Of a stretch of 64,000 bases of DNA, positions 60,873 to 64,000 are shown in pieces. The stretch's first letter is position 1, and the number at the start of each line of letters is the position of its first letter. A model generated the notes under the pieces. It searched no databases and had not been told where the DNA came from. It worked only from the letters and a program-made list of their open reading frames with translations. Source of the DNA: Alphaproteobacteria bacterium (GTDB taxonomy: Bacteria; Pseudomonadota; Alphaproteobacteria; Sphingomonadales; Sphingomonadaceae); assembly GCA_030430365.1 (NCBI GenBank), contig JAUIFP010000005.1, forward strand, positions 1,326 through 65,325, read 5' to 3'. A program made the position numbers and the translations under genes.

Positions 60873-61464
60873 AGAGGCGGTCGGCAAGGCCAAAGTCGCC
60901 GTGATGCTTTCGGGCAACGGCACGACCATGTCGGCCCTGCTCTATCACTCGCGGCTTTCCGGCTGCCCTTATGAAATCGTTCTGGTCGCCAGCAACAAGC
61001 CGGAGGCGCGCGGCCTTCGCATTGCCGAGGCCGAAGGCGTGGAAACTTTCGCCCTATCCCACAAGGGCATGGCGCGCGAAGATCACGATGCGGCGATGGA
61101 CCGGGCCTTGCGGCAAGCGGGCGCGGATTGCGTTGCCCTGTGCGGCTATATGCGTGTGCTTTCACCCGGTTTCGTGGAGCAATGGGCGGGACGGATGCTC
61201 AACACCCACCCCGCCCTGCTGCCCAAGTTCAAGGGGCTCGAGACGCATCAGCGCGCGATCGATGCCGGCGAAAGCCATGGCGGCTGCTCGATCCACGTGG
61301 TCACGGCTCAGCTGGATGACGGGCCGGTGCTGGGCCAGATCCCTGTGCCTATCCTGCCCGACGACACGGCCGAGACACTGGGCGCGCGCGTGTTGCTGGC
61401 GGAATACCAGCTCTATCCCCGGGTCCTGTCAGACTTCGTGTCGAACCCGCCCGGCCCGGCCTGA
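60865..61464 (+). CDS. purN: Phosphoribosylglycinamide formyltransferase
   Basis: [28 protein letters not shown]. Confidence 0.93.
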   Translation: MPEEAVGKAKVAVMLSGNGTTMSALLYHSRLSGCPYEIVLVASNKPEARGLRIAEAEGVETFALSHKGMAREDHDAAMDRALRQAGADCVALCGYMRVLSPGFVEQWAGRMLNTHPALLPKFKGLETHQRAIDAGESHGGCSIHVVTAQLDDGPVLGQIPVPILPDDTAETLGARVLLAEYQLYPRVLSDFVSNPPGPA

Positions 61465-61476
61465 CCGGGCCGGCAA

Positions 61477-62214
61477 TCAGGCGCGGCGGCCGATCCAGGG
61501 AATAACCATCCCCACCTTGCGGCGATATTCGACGTAAGTGTCACCGAATGTGCCGACGAGATCCTTCTCCTCATAGTGGATCCCGATCAGGATATAGATC
61601 GAAAAGCCCAGGGCCAGGATCAGATGGCTATAGGTCATTTCCGGCGTGGCCCAGACTGCCAGCAGCATCCCGCTGTAAATCGGATGGCGTACCGCCCTGT
61701 AGAACAGCGGCTGGCGCAGCTCATGCGGCTTTGCCTCCTGTCCGCGGAAATAACGCCAGGCCTGCGCCAGGCCGAACAGCTCCCAATGGCTGATGAGATG
61801 CGTCGCCACGAACAGGATCAGCCAGCCCAGGGCGAACAGCACCCAGATCGCAATCCGCAGCCCCTGATTTTCGACCGACCAGACGCTGCCTGCAATTGGG
61901 TGCCACAACCAGAACATCACACCGAGCACGATCGCAGTCGCCAGGCAGTAGATACTTCGTTCGATGGGATTGGGGACGATCTTCGTCCAGCCGACCTTGA
62001 AGCTCTGGCGGGCCATCACGGAATGCTGGATGCCGAACAGCGCGATCAGGCCGATATCGACCGCCACGGCGACACTGACAGGGCCATCCAGCCCCTTGTC
62101 GACATGGGTCGGCATGAACGGAAAACCGGCAACGAAACCAACGAGATAAACGAAAGCAGCGAAGAAGGCCAAGTAGCAGGAAACTGCCACGGCCAGATAA
62201 ACGGCACGGCTCAT
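61477..62214 (-). CDS. Isoprenylcysteine methyltransferase family / MddA-like methanethiol S-methyltransferase
   Basis: LFGIQHSVMARQSFK..WT..VP.PIERS.Y, ELFGL.Q, YRAVRHPIY, WATPEMT, EEKDL. Confidence 0.8.
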   Translation of the reverse strand: MSRAVYLAVAVSCYLAFFAAFVYLVGFVAGFPFMPTHVDKGLDGPVSVAVAVDIGLIALFGIQHSVMARQSFKVGWTKIVPNPIERSIYCLATAIVLGVMFWLWHPIAGSVWSVENQGLRIAIWVLFALGWLILFVATHLISHWELFGLAQAWRYFRGQEAKPHELRQPLFYRAVRHPIYSGMLLAVWATPEMTYSHLILALGFSIYILIGIHYEEKDLVGTFGDTYVEYRRKVGMVIPWIGRRA

Positions 62215-62362
62215 ATCTATTCCCCCACGAAACGCCGGGAGATCGATCATGCTTTCAATTAATCCAGAATTTCGTCTTCGTGATCTTCCGGCGCCGCAGT
62301 GAATACCACCATCCGCGAGTCCGGTCGAATCCGCGCCTTTCCCGGGCCGATGCCGCATATGC

Positions 62363-62390
62363 AAAGGGCCGCCCTTGCGGACGGCCCTTC
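62363..62390 (-). terminator. Probable terminator after ndk
   Basis: AAGGGCCG...CGGCCCTT inverted repeat just after ndk stop, short T run on minus strand. Confidence 0.6.
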
Positions 62391-62412
62391 ACTATCGAAA
62401 CGGCAGATCGGG

Positions 62413-62835
62413 TTAGCCGACGATCTCTTCCGGCTTGAAGAAGAAATCGATCTCGATCTTCGCATTCTCTTCGCTGTCCGAACCGTGGACCGAATTGGCT
62501 TCGATCGATTCGGCGAAGGTCTTGCGGATCGTGCCTTCGGCAGCGTCGGCAGGATTGGTCGCGCCCATGATGTCACGGTTGCGCTTCACGGCGTCTTCGC
62601 CTTCCAGCACCTGAACCACTACCGGGCCGCTGGTCATGAATTCGACCAGCTCACCGAAGAAGGGGCGTTCCTTGTGAACCGCGTAGAAGCCTTCGGCCTG
62701 ATCCTTGCTCATGTGAATGCGCTTGGACGCGACGACGCGCAGCCCGGCATCCTCCAGCATTTTGGTGACCGCGCCGGTCAGGTTGCGCTTGGTGGCATCG
62801 GGCTTGATGATCGAAAAAGTGCGGGTAACCGCCAT
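62413..62835 (-). CDS. ndk: Nucleoside diphosphate kinase
   Basis: [33 protein letters not shown]. Confidence 0.98.
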   Translation of the reverse strand: MAVTRTFSIIKPDATKRNLTGAVTKMLEDAGLRVVASKRIHMSKDQAEGFYAVHKERPFFGELVEFMTSGPVVVQVLEGEDAVKRNRDIMGATNPADAAEGTIRKTFAESIEANSVHGSDSEENAKIEIDFFFKPEEIVG

Positions 62836-62971
62836 CGGAGCTGTTCCTTCAGGAAATTGACGTAAAGTGTGAATTTGCGCGCGCCCCTAGCCTCCCCCAC
62901 ACAAACGGGCAAGCCCTATGGAGAGAGGGCCCACGCAGGAGAGGCCGCAGGCCGCCCTTGCCGGCCTGGGA

Positions 62972-63472
62972 CTATTCGCCGCTTGCCTTGCTGACCGACA
63001 GGTTGACGGCAGTCATCCCGTCATCGCCGGGCGTGACATTCAGCACGAAGGTATTGCCGGCCCCGTCATCGCCGCCGATCATCGTGCTGGCCTGGTTCTT
63101 GAACTCGGTCTTCACGTCGATCCCGGCTGAATCGATCTGCGGACGGTAGAACGCCAGGACTTCCTCGGCCGAGGCATCGGTGCTCATCAGCACACTGACA
63201 TTGGAGCCTTCTTCATGGCTGATCCTGGTGTTCGAAAGCACCGTGGCGCCGGGATAGAGGCTGAAGCCCTCGGGAAGCTCCGCATCGACATCGGCGCCGG
63301 ACTGCATCGTGAATTCGCCATCATCGGTCTTCACCGAAATGCTGCCCTCACCATTTGACTGATCGACGGAATAGGTTCCGGTTTCGCCATCATCGGTCTG
63401 GAAAGTTCCCGACTGTTCCGAACCGCAAGCGGCCAGCGCCGCGCATGAGACAAGCAATGCCAGCTTCTTCAT
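62972..63472 (-). CDS. Hypothetical lipoprotein
   Basis: MKKLALLVSCAALAA-C lipobox; LPEGFSLYPGA. Confidence 0.78.
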   Translation of the reverse strand: MKKLALLVSCAALAACGSEQSGTFQTDDGETGTYSVDQSNGEGSISVKTDDGEFTMQSGADVDAELPEGFSLYPGATVLSNTRISHEEGSNVSVLMSTDASAEEVLAFYRPQIDSAGIDVKTEFKNQASTMIGGDDGAGNTFVLNVTPGDDGMTAVNLSVSKASGE

Positions 63473-63545
63473 TTTCAATCCCCATTTCCTCTCTTGCCGG
63501 ATTTTCTTCGCTGAGCGGAAACAGGTCAACTAAAAAGCCAGCTTG

Positions 63546-63983
63546 TCACGGCCCTTCGCGCCATTTGCCGCCTTCCTGTTTCCAAAACCGGCGCTCGACA
63601 TCTTCATGCTGGCCCAGCATTCGCCAGCAATTTCGTGCGCCGTCCAATCCCGCTTCGGAGAAAAGCAGAAAGGCGCGATCGAATTTCATTGCATCGTCAC
63701 GCCAGACACCGTCTGCCAGCGCGATGTAACGCGCGCCGTTCTCCGCCTCGCAATCTCCGGAGAGCAGGATCGGCTGACGCGCGGCATGCGCGTCCCCCGC
63801 CATTCCATGTGCCAGAAACGCCTCCGGCACACGCGTCCATAGCGCTTCGTCGATCCGCGTCAGTTCTTCGCCATCGCCGGAGACAGCCAGCAGCCGCTCA
63901 CCTTCCTTGCGCGTCGCGCGCGCGATCAGGGGTACCACCGCCTCTGCAGGCGTGCCGCTCAACTGATAGAAATCGACGCGCAT
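63546..63983 (-). CDS. holC: DNA polymerase III subunit chi
   Basis: MRVDFYQL, DEALWT...FLAHG, QPILL, AR..WR. Confidence 0.9.
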   Translation of the reverse strand: MRVDFYQLSGTPAEAVVPLIARATRKEGERLLAVSGDGEELTRIDEALWTRVPEAFLAHGMAGDAHAARQPILLSGDCEAENGARYIALADGVWRDDAMKFDRAFLLFSEAGLDGARNCWRMLGQHEDVERRFWKQEGGKWREGP

Positions 63984-64000
63984 TCTTTTTGCCTACCGCT

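Noticed and set aside
59694-60929. N-terminal half of the 838-aa ORF 58413-60929
   Set aside because: Antisense to purM; the real gene starts near 59693

Overview
High-GC alphaproteobacterial chromosome segment; gene content and order (hisD-nusB...thiL...hppA, infA-maf-RNase-yacG-tRNA-Phe, purC/purS/purQ, glmS/glmU, cysE-hdaA-purM-purN, ndk-holC) are typical of Sphingomonadales, probably Erythrobacteraceae. The main accessory feature is a ~9.2 kb phage-satellite-like (PICI-like) element integrated at the 3' end of tRNA-Phe (attL 18219-18243, attR 27437-27460). It carries a P4-type integrase, an excisionase-like HTH protein, a DnaB-N/AAA_25 helicase with no primase, an iteron origin, its own HK97-fold major capsid protein, a P27-type small terminase and a candidate cos site, but no portal, large terminase, tail or lysis genes, plus four cargo genes that include a PD-(D/E)xK-like nuclease. 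Other points of interest: an orphan Pol-beta-like nucleotidyltransferase-TPR fusion (36533-37924), a ~75 bp conserved intergenic element with a palindromic core occurring twice 50 kb apart (6052-6125, 56577-56652), a SnoaL-like gene broken by one in-frame TAA, a Pho box upstream of an OprO/P porin, degenerate CtrA-like boxes upstream of three c-di-GMP genes, and an MddA-like methyltransferase. All calls come from reading the sequence and translations by eye; no database searches were run.
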